A DNA stretch of 64,000 nt, taken from positions 160,001 to 224,000 of the forward strand of contig CAWBHS010000088.1 of assembly GCA_963788655.1 (NCBI GenBank). Reading direction: 5' to 3'. The translations under genes were made by a program, and so were the position numbers. The notes beneath the pieces were generated by a model that was not told the origin of the DNA, did not search any database, and saw only the letters and a list, made by a program, of their open reading frames with translations. This document shows, piece after piece, positions 11,117-22,334 of the stretch (within the stretch, counting starts at the first letter, position 1; every line of letters starts with the position of its first letter). This stretch comes from an uncultured Verrucomicrobiae bacterium (GTDB lineage: Bacteria > Verrucomicrobiota > Verrucomicrobiia > Limisphaerales > JAFGQR01).

Positions 11117-12169
11117 TTATAGACGAACTGGCCGTCCAAGGCGAATGGACTTTTCTTCGGCTTCGCAAATTTCCACCGCGCTCAAGGCATCCTTGGGGGT
11201 GACGACCGTCGGCGGTTTGCCGGTCTGGATGGCTTCGATAATGTGGCGCAACTCGCCCACGTACCCATCGGGACCGGGACATTTGATGACGCGTGGGGCT
11301 TTGCCTTCTTCAAATAACCGCAGGGCTTCGGCGCCGCGGGACAGGTCGTAATCCACGGTGGCTCGTTCAAAACTTACCGTGTAAGCCATGTTGAAGCCAT
11401 GGCCTGGCGTCATCAGCCAGGTGCCTTCGGCATACACGACGGCCCCGTTCGGAACCTGGTATTGGGTAACCACGTGGTCGATGGCCCCGCTGAACCGGCT
11501 GATCCCGCTGGAAGACACGCTGGTCGGACGACCGAACAGGAATTGGATGAAGTCCGTGTCATGAATGTGCATGTCCAGGAGCGCCCCGCCCGATTGGTTG
11601 CCTTTGAAATAACTGTCCCGGCTCCAACCCGGTGGTTCGGACACCCGACGGAACCGGGCGGCCAGCACCTTGCCGAATTTGTTTTTGTCGATGGCTTCTT
11701 TGACCCAGATCCATTGCGGCCAGAACCGCAGACACATCGCCGGCAGCAAATAGCCTTTGGCCGATTGGGCGGCCGCGACGATTTGGCGCGCGAGTTTCGC
11801 AGTGCGGGCCAGCGGCTTTTCGCATACCACATGTTTGCCGGCTTTGAGGGCAGCAATGCTTTGCGGCACGTGCAACGGCGTGGGCACACAGAGGTCAACC
11901 AGCTCGACGTCGGCGTCAGCCAATAGGTCTTCAATGGCTTGATAGACCCGGATGTTCTTTCCAAGATCAACGGCGTCGTAGCCGGCCAGGTTGCCGGTGA
12001 TTCCCGGCAGGATGCCATTAACGGGAGAGCGGACCGAATCGCACACGGCGACGAGGCGGGCGGTCTTGATTTTCTGGTAGGCGCGGAGATGGGTCACGCC
12101 CATGAATCCGAGGCCAACCACGGCGACGTTGACTTTGCGAGAGGAGGCGCGGGAAGCGGGTTTTGCCAT
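11117..12169 (-). CDS. Gfo/Idh/MocA family oxidoreductase
   Basis: VGLGFMG, CEKPLA, SGGALLDMHIHD. Confidence 0.9.
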   Translation of the reverse strand: MAKPASRASSRKVNVAVVGLGFMGVTHLRAYQKIKTARLVAVCDSVRSPVNGILPGITGNLAGYDAVDLGKNIRVYQAIEDLLADADVELVDLCVPTPLHVPQSIAALKAGKHVVCEKPLARTAKLARQIVAAAQSAKGYLLPAMCLRFWPQWIWVKEAIDKNKFGKVLAARFRRVSEPPGWSRDSYFKGNQSGGALLDMHIHDTDFIQFLFGRPTSVSSSGISRFSGAIDHVVTQYQVPNGAVVYAEGTWLMTPGHGFNMAYTVSFERATVDYDLSRGAEALRLFEEGKAPRVIKCPGPDGYVGELRHIIEAIQTGKPPTVVTPKDALSAVEICEAEEKSIRLGRPVRL

Positions 12170-12207
12170 AGAATTTAAGATGGTGTTTGGACGGGAGAGC
12201 AGGATGG

Positions 12208-13047
12208 TTACGAGGACTGAAGAGCTTGGACGAATTCTTGGGCCGCACGAATGTCTGGCACGCGTTGGGTGCCGGCTTCGCGTTCGATGCAGCAGTTCCC
12301 AGTGAACTGGACTTCTTCCAGAGCGGCGAAGAATGCCTTCCAATCCACCTCCCCCGAGCCGACCACAACTTCCTCGCCCCACGTGCCGGGTTGCTTGGTC
12401 TTGGTGGCGTCTTTGAGGTGGACCTGGCGAATCCAGGGTCCCAAAGTTCGCAAGGCTTCGATGGGATTGCCCTTGTCATACAGGAGCATGTTGGCGGGAT
12501 CGAAATTCACGCCGACATTCGGACGTCCCAGTTTTTCGAGGAAACTACGCAATGTCTCCGCGGTCTCCTGGCCGGTTTCGAAGGCCAAATCGATGTTCTT
12601 CACTGCAAACGCGTCCGCCACAATCCGGATGCGGTCCTGCAGCTTCTTGAAATCCGGATCGCTTTCTTCATGCGGGAGAAATCCGGCGTGGAAGCTGACC
12701 AGTCGCAGGCTGAGTTGGTGAGCGATTTGCACGACGGCCTCGATATTGGTCCAATTCTGATCCCAAGTGGCATCGGGCACCAAGCCTCCGGTGCGCCGGA
12801 TGGAATCCAACGTGGAATAGTCTTCGCCCACCGTGCCGAACATGCCGGAGACGAGGGTCACCTGGTTCTGTTCGCACTGCCGGGCCAGGTTGCCCCAGAC
12901 GGCGGGAGATTCCCGGAGCGGATCGAGCGCACATTGAATGCGGTGAATGCCGATTTCGCGCAACTGCTCGAAGAGTTGATCCGGAGACGCGGGTTGCAGC
13001 GACCAACTACAAACGGCCAGGCGATCTTGCAGGGGAGTGGAACTCAT
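12208..13047 (-). CDS. Sugar phosphate isomerase/epimerase (TIM barrel)
   Basis: HAGF, FETGQE, NFDPANM, VHLKDA, IERE metal-site motifs. Confidence 0.85.
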   Translation of the reverse strand: MSSTPLQDRLAVCSWSLQPASPDQLFEQLREIGIHRIQCALDPLRESPAVWGNLARQCEQNQVTLVSGMFGTVGEDYSTLDSIRRTGGLVPDATWDQNWTNIEAVVQIAHQLSLRLVSFHAGFLPHEESDPDFKKLQDRIRIVADAFAVKNIDLAFETGQETAETLRSFLEKLGRPNVGVNFDPANMLLYDKGNPIEALRTLGPWIRQVHLKDATKTKQPGTWGEEVVVGSGEVDWKAFFAALEEVQFTGNCCIEREAGTQRVPDIRAAQEFVQALQSS

Positions 13048-13083
13048 GACACTAAAGAATTTAGGGGATGGAGCACTGGATTA

Positions 13084-13851
13084 TTAATTTTCTTCCGGCT
13101 GTTGGTTCGATACCGTGGGAGCAGGAGTCCGCGGGGATCGCCGCAATTTGTTTTGCAACAATAGGCGCCAAACCATCAAGAGCGCTTCACGGACGATCTT
13201 GCTGGACATCTTCGAACTGCCCTGGAAGCGGTCCGTGAAAACGATGGGCACTTCGGCAATCCGCATACCCCGCCGCCAGAGCTTGTGCGTAATCTCGATC
13301 TGGAAACTGTACCCATTGGAATGGACGGCATCCAGGTCGAGCGAGGCCAGGGCGCGCCGGCGAAAACACTTGAAACCGCCGGTCGGGTCGGAGATGGGCA
13401 TACCGGTCACCACCCGAACATAGCGGGCGGCGCTGAGGCTGAGCATCAGGCGCTTCAGGGGCCAGTTGATGACCCGGATGCCATTGCGATAGCGGGAGCC
13501 CAGGACCAGGTCGGCGTCCCGGGCGGCATCGAGAAAACTCGGAATGGCGTGGGGATCGTGCGAAAAATCGCCGTCCATTTCAAAGATGAATTCGTATTCG
13601 TGCGCCAAGGCCCATTTGAAGCCGGCGCAATACGCGCGCCCCAGCCCGTCCTTTTCCTCCCGGTGCAATACGTGTACTTTGGGGTTGCGGGCGGAAATGC
13701 TGTCTGCCAGTTTACCCGTACCGTCCGGTGAGTTGTCATCGACGATCAACAGGTCGAGATCGACGGGCAATCCCAGGATGCATTCGACCAGCGAGGGAAG
13801 GTTCTCTCGTTCGTTATAAGTTGGGACGATGACCAATGTCTTGTGACTCAT
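13084..13851 (-). CDS. Polyprenol monophosphomannose synthase (GT2)
   Basis: VPTYNERENL, DDNSPDGTG, EMDGDFSH, GSRY, GYSFQIE. Confidence 0.9.
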   Translation of the reverse strand: MSHKTLVIVPTYNERENLPSLVECILGLPVDLDLLIVDDNSPDGTGKLADSISARNPKVHVLHREEKDGLGRAYCAGFKWALAHEYEFIFEMDGDFSHDPHAIPSFLDAARDADLVLGSRYRNGIRVINWPLKRLMLSLSAARYVRVVTGMPISDPTGGFKCFRRRALASLDLDAVHSNGYSFQIEITHKLWRRGMRIAEVPIVFTDRFQGSSKMSSKIVREALLMVWRLLLQNKLRRSPRTPAPTVSNQQPEEN

Positions 13852-14075
13852 TCGGACTAAATTTGCGGTGACAACTAAACAAATTACGGACCAAACACAA
13901 GTCAGGAGTTTGCGGCGTCCGGCACGCCGCAGTTCCTCAGACTTCCGGCGATGGGACCTGGCCACCGCAAGGTTCGACGCCACTGGCCAGCCGGGCGGTC
14001 TGAGCCGGGCAAATCAACGGCCGATCGGTGGCCAATCTGCGGAGCATCGGCCGGCAACCTTTCTAAAAGCCAACG

Positions 14076-14104
14076 TTGACAGGTTGTTGGCCGCCGATTA
14101 GCCT
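14076..14104 (+). promoter_or_regulatory. Sigma70-like promoter
   Basis: TTGACA-17 nt-TAGCCT, 32 bp upstream of the 14137 start codon. Confidence 0.5.
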
Positions 14105-14136
14105 CTCGCAAAAAATGACCCTGAATTGTCTGTAAA

Positions 14137-14898
14137 ATGTTACTTAGGATATTCTTAATTCTAACGATATTGGCTGGGATTGGGACGATTGCAATCACCC
14201 AGTTCAAGGTGCGTCCCCACATTCAGGGCATCATCGACGAGCGCAACCGCCAGACCCAACGAGCGGAAGTGGCCGAGTCAAGTTTGCGGAAGACGAAGAA
14301 ACAGTTGGCCGATACGGAAGGTGAACTGCACAATACGAAGAAGAATCTCGATGACACCCAAACCCAACTGGCTTCCACCAAAAACCAACTGAACAGCGAG
14401 CGGACCCGCGCCAACGGGCTCCAAAAAAACCTGGAGGACACGCGCCGGGAGTTGCGCTCCACCCAACAGCAATTGAGTGCCTGGGATGCCTTGGGCATTC
14501 CGGTGGAAACCGTCAAAGCGTTGATTGAAGCCGAAAAGAAACTCAGGGTCGAAATTGAAGCGCTGACGGAGGAAAAACGAATCATCAATGAAGAACTCAC
14601 CCGGGCTTTGGGCAAGATCAAGATCTATGAACAAGGCCGGGGGGAAGACTTCGAGATTCCCCTGCCACCTGGAATCAGGGGCCAAGTGATGGTGGTGGAT
14701 CCGAAATGGCGATTTGTGGTCCTGAATGTGGGCTCCGAGGATAAGGTTGAAGAAAACGGTGTGCTATTGGTCAGCCGTAAAGGCAAGCTGGTGGCCAAGC
14801 TGAAAATTGCGCGGGTCAGCGCCGACCGCAGTATTGCCAACGTGATGCCCGGTTGGAGTTTTGGCCAGATTCGGGAGGGGGACGACGTTCTCAATTAA
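14137..14898 (+). CDS. Membrane-anchored coiled-coil protein with C-terminal beta domain
   Basis: N-terminal TM helix, long heptad region, C-terminal VVDPKWRFVVLNVG segment. Confidence 0.7.
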   Translation: MLLRIFLILTILAGIGTIAITQFKVRPHIQGIIDERNRQTQRAEVAESSLRKTKKQLADTEGELHNTKKNLDDTQTQLASTKNQLNSERTRANGLQKNLEDTRRELRSTQQQLSAWDALGIPVETVKALIEAEKKLRVEIEALTEEKRIINEELTRALGKIKIYEQGRGEDFEIPLPPGIRGQVMVVDPKWRFVVLNVGSEDKVEENGVLLVSRKGKLVAKLKIARVSADRSIANVMPGWSFGQIREGDDVLN

Positions 14899-14899
14899 C

Positions 14900-15070
14900 A
14901 TGAAGCGGTTAATTAAATACACCTTGCTGATGTTGGCGGTGTTGGCCATGGGATTGGGACCCGTCGGCTGCAAGTCCGCGGATTCCGAAAATGTCTCGTC
15001 GCGTCCCTGGAATACGCCGCGAGGTTTTGACACCGGATTGCCGGGATTCGATTACAACCAGCGCCGGTAA
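14900..15070 (+). CDS. Small putative lipoprotein
   Basis: MKRLIK + hydrophobic stretch + VGC lipobox; starts 2 bp after the previous stop. Confidence 0.6.
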   Translation: MKRLIKYTLLMLAVLAMGLGPVGCKSADSENVSSRPWNTPRGFDTGLPGFDYNQRR

Positions 15071-15143
15071 CCGGGATGTTTCACGGCCTCACCTTTGCCG
15101 TATCCATTCAGTAGCTGGAGCAGCGATGACGCGCTTCGGCGCG

Positions 15144-15276
15144 GTAGGACAGGCGTCTCGCCTGTCTCGAATAGCCAAGCCCATCCGCCCCTGTTGGCGA
15201 CCGGAAGAGACTTCCTACGCTGCGGTGCAAATCGATGGTTGGCAGTCGTTCGAGACAGGCGGGACGCCTGTCCTAC
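15144..15276. repeat. GTAG-type REP doublet, family A
   Basis: GTAGGACAGGCGTCTCGCCTGTCTCGAA ... TTCGAGACAGGCGGGACGCCTGTCCTAC between convergent genes. Confidence 0.85.
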
Positions 15277-15409
15277 TGAATAGAAGCCGCGCCGCGAGCC
15301 GGCGACTCCAGCGTTTCGGCTGTCCAAGCAAACTGCTATCAGCACGACGGTCGAGACAGGAGGCACTGGCTACTTTCTTATTCCGCGAACCGGCACGTTC
15401 AGTTCCCAC

Positions 15410-16129
15410 TCACGCCCGGTGTTGTTCAAGGATTTCCTGGATTTCCGTCAACACCCGCTGGCAGACCTGTGGTGAACGCCACGTCATCGTCTCCGCGGGC
15501 GACCGGGCAATGACCTGCCGGGCTTCCTCGATCTGCCGGGCAAACTCATCCGGCGCCAGCACCTCATCCACCAGACCGCACGCCCGGGCCTGAAGGGCGC
15601 TGATTTCGCCGGCCAACCAACATTCGACCCGATGGGCGGCGGCTTGTCGCGCCGCGGTGAGGGGATGAACGATGTGCGCCAGCTTGGCCAATTCTCCGCG
15701 CGGGATGCGGAACCGGGCCGTGTGCGAAGCAATCAACCGGTCAGCACAGGCCGCCAAGCCCACTCCTCCGCCGACGACGTAGCCTTGCACAAAGGCGATC
15801 GTGTGGGCGCGAGTCATCAGCAACCGCGCATACACCAATTCCAGCAACTCCAGGTGCCGCGAACGCACCGGCCAGGTCGCCACCCGCCGGCACTCTGCCA
15901 AGTCCAGCCCGCTGCAAAACGCCGGGCCGCTCCCTGTGAACACGATCTGTGACACCTCGGGATTATTGACCGCGCACAACAGTTGTTCCAGTGCCCGGAG
16001 GTTGAGTGCATTCCGTTTGGCGGGCCGATTCAATTGCACCTCGAGAATCGTTCCGCCGTTGGGGGTGGCCTGGCAAGTGGTCAACACTTCCGGCTCGACC
16101 GGGAATGGTTTTGGCGATTCTGAATCCAT
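15410..16129 (-). CDS. Enoyl-CoA hydratase/isomerase family protein
   Basis: LNRPAKRNALN, FCSGLDL, GGGVGLAACAD, GLVDEV. Confidence 0.8.
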   Translation of the reverse strand: MDSESPKPFPVEPEVLTTCQATPNGGTILEVQLNRPAKRNALNLRALEQLLCAVNNPEVSQIVFTGSGPAFCSGLDLAECRRVATWPVRSRHLELLELVYARLLMTRAHTIAFVQGYVVGGGVGLAACADRLIASHTARFRIPRGELAKLAHIVHPLTAARQAAAHRVECWLAGEISALQARACGLVDEVLAPDEFARQIEEARQVIARSPAETMTWRSPQVCQRVLTEIQEILEQHRA

Positions 16130-18852
16130 TACTGTAACACAAAGCTGACCGGAGCAAAGGCGTGAAGGTCGGTCTCGAAAGCGGCGCGTGCCAGCGGGCG
16201 GGTCGGCCCGGCGGGCTGGCCGCGCAAGTTCACCGGTTGCACCGTGCGCACGTTCAATCCTGCCGGGAGTTGCACCTCGACGCGGCCGGATTGCCCCGCC
16301 AGTTCCCACAAGCGCAACACCGTGCCCGCCCCATCCGGATTAGGGCCAAAGGCGGTGACCATGACTCCTTTGCGCGAGAGGCTCAAACCAGTGGGTTTTT
16401 CCGGCAGCGCCTCAGCGGCGCCCTCGGCCATCACCGCTTGCAACGGAAACCTCGCTTCCAGCGACGGCGTGATCAGGCAACGCTCGGCGGCATAATGCTG
16501 GTATGCCCAAATCCGCACTCGGAACGTCCACGTGCCTTCGTTCCACAACCGGAAATTCGTCGTCCACTGGTTGTTGAACAGGTTCACATAGACCGCCGGC
16601 CAGCGGGGCACGAACTCCAGCGAATACTTCCAGCACCCCGGGGTGTCGAGACTCACCAATGGACTGTCCAACGAACATAGACCGACGCCGGCGCCATCCG
16701 GGCCGAAGAGTGCCACGCCGGTGTTAATGCCGAACAGATGCCGGTTCGCGCCGCGCGCGACATCCTTGACCGGATCAATGATCGATCCCAATCGTCCCAG
16801 GCGAAACTGCGGTGCCTCGATTTTGAAGGGCAGACAAATCCACCCGGCTTCCGGCCAGGGATCAGCGGGCTTGTGGTGCAGCGTGACTTCCAGGTCAGCG
16901 TAGGGCTGATCCGAATAAAGGGTGAGGCGCGTCGTGACGGGATAAGGCAATTCGGCGCTCGCGGTGGAGTTCAGACTGGCCGTGACCGAGAACGGCGTTG
17001 TGGTGTAGGCGACCTGGCAGTTCTGCGGTGACACGGCGCGATAGGGCGCCTCGCTGGCGGGGGGCAGGTTGGGCTTGCCCAATTCGTTGATGGCCCAGTC
17101 CGTGTTGATCTTGACGTACGCTTTGACGAAACCGGCCACTTGATTGGAATCAAAGCGCTCATACAGGTATTGGCCGAACCCATGGGCTGCTGAAGTGTCC
17201 ACCAATTCCCGACCGGAGCGTTTGTCCACCAGCGAGCGAATCGCTCCGTGAGCCGAATCCAGCACCGCTTTGAAAACCGGTGTCTCCATGGTGGCGGACT
17301 TGGCATCGATGCGGGATGGCGCGGATTCGTGCGCCTTGGCGGGCGAATAGATTGCATACGCCATTGCCGGAATCCGCTTGGCAATAAATTGGAAGCCATC
17401 GTCGGTGCGGACCACCGGCGACTCGGAACCAAGCTGCTGGTCGCTCACTACTGCCGGTAGGGTCTTTAAATCGATATTGGAGTGAGCCACCTGCACCAAA
17501 CCGTCTCGTGGCCACGGCAGCGGGTTGTAAACCACGATGCGGTGGGAAGGATTTACGCTGTTGTGGTTCGTGCCGTGAGCCAGCGCCGACATTTCGCGCT
17601 GAAGCAACGGCGTGATCAAATCCCGCGCTGCCTCGATGTAGGCGGTGTGTTCGGCCCACGAATCTTCCAGCCGCTGAAACCGCTTGGCCGCGTGATCAGC
17701 TTTCCAGGTATCGCCGTAGCCCCATTTCGCGCCTCCCGAATATTTCGTGACCCAATACAGCGCCCCACCCCAAGTATGTTCCCCGTAGAGCAGGCTCTTC
17801 TCGTAGGCCCGGGCAATGGTGTCCGCATCGTTGGACGCCGGTATTCCCCAGGTGGGCAGCAGAGTATTTAACGCTTCCGCAACCGTGATCAGCGGACGGA
17901 CGTTTCGCGCGATACGGGCGCCGGCGGGGTCGCAGAGCGGTCCGTGAATCCACGTGTCCGGCATATCGCCCCGCACCACGGGGAGGTCGGCATTTTCTCC
18001 GAGAATGGCGTCGGCAAAGTCCGCGAGCCGGCCAATCCGCACCGTGGCGCCAGGAAGCTTCTGTTTGGCCTCATCAAGCAGCTTCTTTACCTCCTCGGGG
18101 CGAGGCGGACCGTGATTGTCCCCGGTGTGAATGAGTGCCAGCCAGGTTTGGTACGGCCAGTCGGCCGGTGGCAGCAAACCGGTGCCATAACCTTCGGCGA
18201 TATACATGGTCAGCAACCGCGACCCGCCAGGGCCTTCCCACCAGAACAAGCGGGGCACTCGCGGCGACGAACTGGCGGCGTTGCAGCCCAGGTGCAGAAA
18301 GTCCACCCCGGCGTGTTTGAGCAACGTGGGCAAGATCCAGGAGTGGCAGGGCACATCCGTCATCTTCGCGTCGCGCGGCAACGCAAGGCCGACCGCGCGC
18401 GACACCTGCGACGCAAAGTCCAGTCCGCGCACCAAATCCTCCGGCTCGAGCAATTCCGTGTGCGTGGTAAACGGCAGCGCATGGACGACAAAGCGTCCTG
18501 CCTTTAGCGCCGCCAGAATCCGCTGCTTCCGTTCCGGCGTCTGCCCCGGCCAGTCTTCCGTGATCTGGCTCATTGGCCAGCCGGGCACGGTCCAAACAAA
18601 CTGCTGTTCCGGCGGCAAATCACGGTTTTGTTCCACCACGCGTAGCGCGTCATCGATCATGGTCGTCCGATAACGGCGGACAACATTGCTGGCCAAGTCG
18701 GTGTAACCGATGTCGAAATGTGTTTTAAAAACGATGATTACCTGCCGGAGCGGCTGGTTCGGTTTGGCCTCAGCCCGCCCGGCGTATGGGGTGACGAACA
18801 GGCTGATGGTGGCAAGGACGGCAAGGATGTCAATTCGGGCAATGCGTTTCAT
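16129..18852 (-). CDS. Glycoside hydrolase family 38-like (alpha-mannosidase-type), secreted
   Basis: KTHFDIGYTD, MTDVP, YGEHTWG, VYNPLPWPR, VLRLWE; signal peptide. Confidence 0.8.
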   Translation of the reverse strand: MKRIARIDILAVLATISLFVTPYAGRAEAKPNQPLRQVIIVFKTHFDIGYTDLASNVVRRYRTTMIDDALRVVEQNRDLPPEQQFVWTVPGWPMSQITEDWPGQTPERKQRILAALKAGRFVVHALPFTTHTELLEPEDLVRGLDFASQVSRAVGLALPRDAKMTDVPCHSWILPTLLKHAGVDFLHLGCNAASSSPRVPRLFWWEGPGGSRLLTMYIAEGYGTGLLPPADWPYQTWLALIHTGDNHGPPRPEEVKKLLDEAKQKLPGATVRIGRLADFADAILGENADLPVVRGDMPDTWIHGPLCDPAGARIARNVRPLITVAEALNTLLPTWGIPASNDADTIARAYEKSLLYGEHTWGGALYWVTKYSGGAKWGYGDTWKADHAAKRFQRLEDSWAEHTAYIEAARDLITPLLQREMSALAHGTNHNSVNPSHRIVVYNPLPWPRDGLVQVAHSNIDLKTLPAVVSDQQLGSESPVVRTDDGFQFIAKRIPAMAYAIYSPAKAHESAPSRIDAKSATMETPVFKAVLDSAHGAIRSLVDKRSGRELVDTSAAHGFGQYLYERFDSNQVAGFVKAYVKINTDWAINELGKPNLPPASEAPYRAVSPQNCQVAYTTTPFSVTASLNSTASAELPYPVTTRLTLYSDQPYADLEVTLHHKPADPWPEAGWICLPFKIEAPQFRLGRLGSIIDPVKDVARGANRHLFGINTGVALFGPDGAGVGLCSLDSPLVSLDTPGCWKYSLEFVPRWPAVYVNLFNNQWTTNFRLWNEGTWTFRVRIWAYQHYAAERCLITPSLEARFPLQAVMAEGAAEALPEKPTGLSLSRKGVMVTAFGPNPDGAGTVLRLWELAGQSGRVEVQLPAGLNVRTVQPVNLRGQPAGPTRPLARAAFETDLHAFAPVSFVLQ

Positions 18853-19006
18853 GAGCGTCAGGACTTGCCCGGATGGTGCCTCGAAAGTGGCCAAGAGCGA
18901 AAGCGGAAAATAAGCCCCCTTGGTTTTCGGTGGCCTCATATTTGGTTTGTGCGAGATTCGGGCTTCGCTTAATTTCAATCGGTTTTAGCACGATAAAGAA
19001 CGTATT

Positions 19007-20285
19007 ATGAGTTCGAAGCGTAAACGACATCAGGTGCAACTCAAAAAGCGATTGCATCGCGCAAAGGATCGGAAAGCAGCCCCCACTCCCCAAACGTCCC
19101 CTCGACCTAAGCCTGACACCAACAACTTGGTGACACCGAAGAAGAACCTACCCAAGAGAGTGCTCATCGGCGCCGCAATCGTCATCCTTGCGGGGCTTGG
19201 CTTGTATGCCATAAGCACGAGCATGCACCGCCCGGCGACAACCGACACAGCCACCTCGGAGACCAATCCACCCGTGGGAGCGGGAGCCACCAACCTCGCT
19301 CGCCGCATCGCCGCCGTCCGTTCCGCTCACTACGGCTCTGAACGCCAATGGCGGCATCCCGCACCTTCAATTCGCCACGACGACTCACGACTTTGGCAAG
19401 ATCGATGGCGGGGCGACGGTCAAATATAGTTTCGTCTTCACCAATACGGGGAATGGTGTGCTGGAGATCAAGGACGTCCATCCTTCCTGCGGCTGCACCA
19501 CCGCTGGCGAATGGTCGCGCCAAGTCGAACCGGGCCAGACCGGCACGATCCCCATCCAGTTCAACAGTGGCAACTTTACCGGCCAGATTGGCAAATCAAT
19601 CAGCGTGACTTGCAACGATCCAGCCCAGCCAACCGAGACGCTCCACATCAAAGGCACGGTCTGGCGTCCGATCGACGTCATCCCGCAATCCGCCATCCTA
19701 AACCTGAGCGCTGAATCGCCATCGAACGCGACTACCGTGCGCATTATCAATAACCTGGAGGAACCGCTCACCCTTTCCAATTTGCAGTGTAAATCGAGCG
19801 CGTTTGCCGCCGAGCTTACCACCAACCAACCGGGCAAGGCCTACTCAGTGCTGATCAAAACCGTGCCGCCGTGGCCGACCAACAGCGTGAACGGCCAAGT
19901 CACGCTCCAGACCTCCGCCACGCAGATGAACCTCATCACCATCACGGCCTGGGCGAATGTGCAGCCGGTGCTGACAGCCATGCCCTCCGTGGTCACGCTG
20001 CCGGCCGGCCCGTTGACGAACAAGTTGACGCTGCTGGTTTGGATTCGTAACAACGGCACCAACACCTTGGCGCTGTCCGAGGCGGCGGTGAATGCCAAAG
20101 GCGTGGATGTGTCCGTCCAGGCCAGCCAGCCGGGCCGCTACTATTATGCTGAGATTACGTTCCCGACCGGATTCACCGTCCCGCCCGGGGAGAAGGTTGA
20201 GTTCAGCGTCAAATCGAATCACCCGCAATACCCCATCATCAAGGTGCCGATCACGCAACCGCCAGGGCCCGCAACGGGATCTTGA
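19007..20285 (+). CDS. DUF1573 (Ig-like) domain protein, frameshifted near 19300-19380
   Basis: HDFGKI..FVFTNTG..LEI.DV.PSCGCT motif; N-terminal TM segment in an upstream frame. Confidence 0.75.
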
Positions 20286-20401
20286 TCTAACCATCCTGGG
20301 AGAACGCTTGGGCGGCGGGCTGGTTTTGGCTACTGGTGCGGCATCTGCAGCGTGCCATAGTCGGCACGGTTTTCATTTCGAATGGTGCAGGGATCGACTG
20401 C

Positions 20402-22204
20402 TCACTGCGCCTTTTGACCGGTTACAATCGGCACATACCCCACTTCCAACCCCGGCGGTGGAGTTACGAGCAAAGCTGAATCCAGCGTCACCAATTCGCC
20501 GTGGCTGGGTGGTGCCATGTAATCGCGGTCAATCGGCCAGTTCGCGTGGAGCTTCTCCACGAAGGCTTGCAACTTCGCCTTCTTTTCCGCGCTCCAGTGG
20601 TATTGCTGAAAAGAAGGTTGATCCGTGAATCGGTACCAATAATAGGTCACCACCGAACCGTCGGTGAGTTTGACCGTGAACGGTCCGCGTTTTGGGCCGG
20701 GCTGGCTCCAGGCACCGGCGTTTGGTGAGGTGTAAGGTGCGCCGGATTGCGCCAGTTTGAACTCCTGCTGCCGCAACCGCGTTTCCGCGGGCACGTCCGC
20801 GGCGGCCACCGCGACGCGTTCCTCGCCGACCTGTTTGTAGTACTGCGGGAAGCAGGCCTTTCGGACTGACGTCGCTGTTGAACCACTGCAGGCCCCACAC
20901 GTTGCCATCGAATATTTTGGTGTCAAAGACGTGCTCGACGCCGGTGATTTTCTGGCCGGCTTGATCGTAGCGCGTAGTGCGCGTGGTCAATTTGGATTTC
21001 CAGGCCCCCTTCGCATCGAATCGTCCGGAGCAAGCCGCGCCGCCATTGCGCCAGGCTTTGAACGCCTCGGAGAGGGCCGCCTTCGAGTAGTAGGTGACAT
21101 CCTGCACCAGGATGGCTTTGCCCTCGTTGTCCACCGGGAATTGCAGCTTGGGGATCTTCGAGTAAACGACTCCCTTCGCATCCTGCGCGTCGAAGCGCGG
21201 GCACGGTGTTGATCTCCATGGCGCCGCCGCCCATGTTGCCGGGACGGGCATCGAGCCCGCGTCCGTAGATAGAAGGGATAATTGAACAGCTTGCCGATCT
21301 TGCTCCACGTCTCCGGAATATAATAAGCAATCGGCCCCTTGAAGTTGGCTGCGCTCAAGAAGCAGGTCCAACTCTGGTCGCCGGTGGGCGGGTCGCCCGT
21401 GGTGGGCTCGGTGAAGGGCAAGGCCATCCAAGTGTAACCCAGGAACTGGCCGTTCGGATTTCCCTGGAACGGCAGGGCATCCGGAGGAATCAGCAACCGG
21501 TTGCTCAGTTGGGCGATGCCCAGCCGATTGTCCGGCAGCGCCTCGTTGCTGTAAAAGAACGACCATCCCGGCGATCCGACCTCGTAGTCGTAACACTGCG
21601 GGGTGGCGTTCATGCTGAACTTCGGCGGACCGTAGCGGAAGTGGTTGCCCGCCCAGTAGCCCAAGCCACCTTCGACAGTTTGAAAGACGCTGTCCCAGGT
21701 GGGACCTCGTTCCTTCCACTTACGGGCCAGGGTGCCTTCGGGAGCGAGCGGCTGGTCCTTGTTGTCCGAGTTGTTCGGCGTGATCCAGCAGCCGGCCAGA
21801 CCGATTTGAAAATTGGCCAGCGGCTGGTCAATCAGCGGCCAGACCGCCGAGTAAAACCCCATTCCGGCGCTGTAATCGGACCGCGCGGGCGGGCGGGTCG
21901 CGCTGAAACCAATGTAGCCATGCAGACCGCGGGAATGCGCGGTGACCTTGCCGGCAGCGGCGTTGGTAGCGCTACTCGATTGTGCGGCGGGTGCAGCACC
22001 AGTAAACAACTGGAAAACAGTGGTGAACGCGGCGAGCCCGCAGCCCAGCATGGTACGCCTCGACTCCTTGAAACGCACGGACGCCGCGACTGAACTGCCC
22101 GGGATTTCGTAGCCAAAGATGGCGTTGTTTTGCGGATACATCGCGCTTACAGGGTTCGTTTGACGGACACTTTGAGGTCGCTTCCAAGTCGAGTCGTTGC
22201 TCAT
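20402..22204 (-). CDS. Hypothetical secreted aromatic-rich protein, frameshifted (near 21270, 21200, 20860); start uncertain
   Basis: Continuous coding-like sequence across ORFs 20987..22204, 20923..21330, 20529..21719 and 20402..20926; signal-peptide-like segment. Confidence 0.6.
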
Positions 22205-22208
22205 AGAA

Positions 22209-22334
22209 TTAAACCATTAACCAGATGGCTACCTTGCTGCGCAATGATTCCGCCACCGAGCGGGTGGCAACATGATCCGGGTGACAAGAATCTTCTACGG
22301 CCACAAGAAAGCAGGTATCCAGCCCGTGTGTCAC
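22209..22334 (-). pseudogene. Truncated PIN-domain (VapC-like) toxin
   Basis: GTG start overlaps the upstream stop; translates THGLDTCFLVAVEDSCHPDHVATR (PIN N-terminal DT motif) and stops after 41 aa. Confidence 0.6.
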
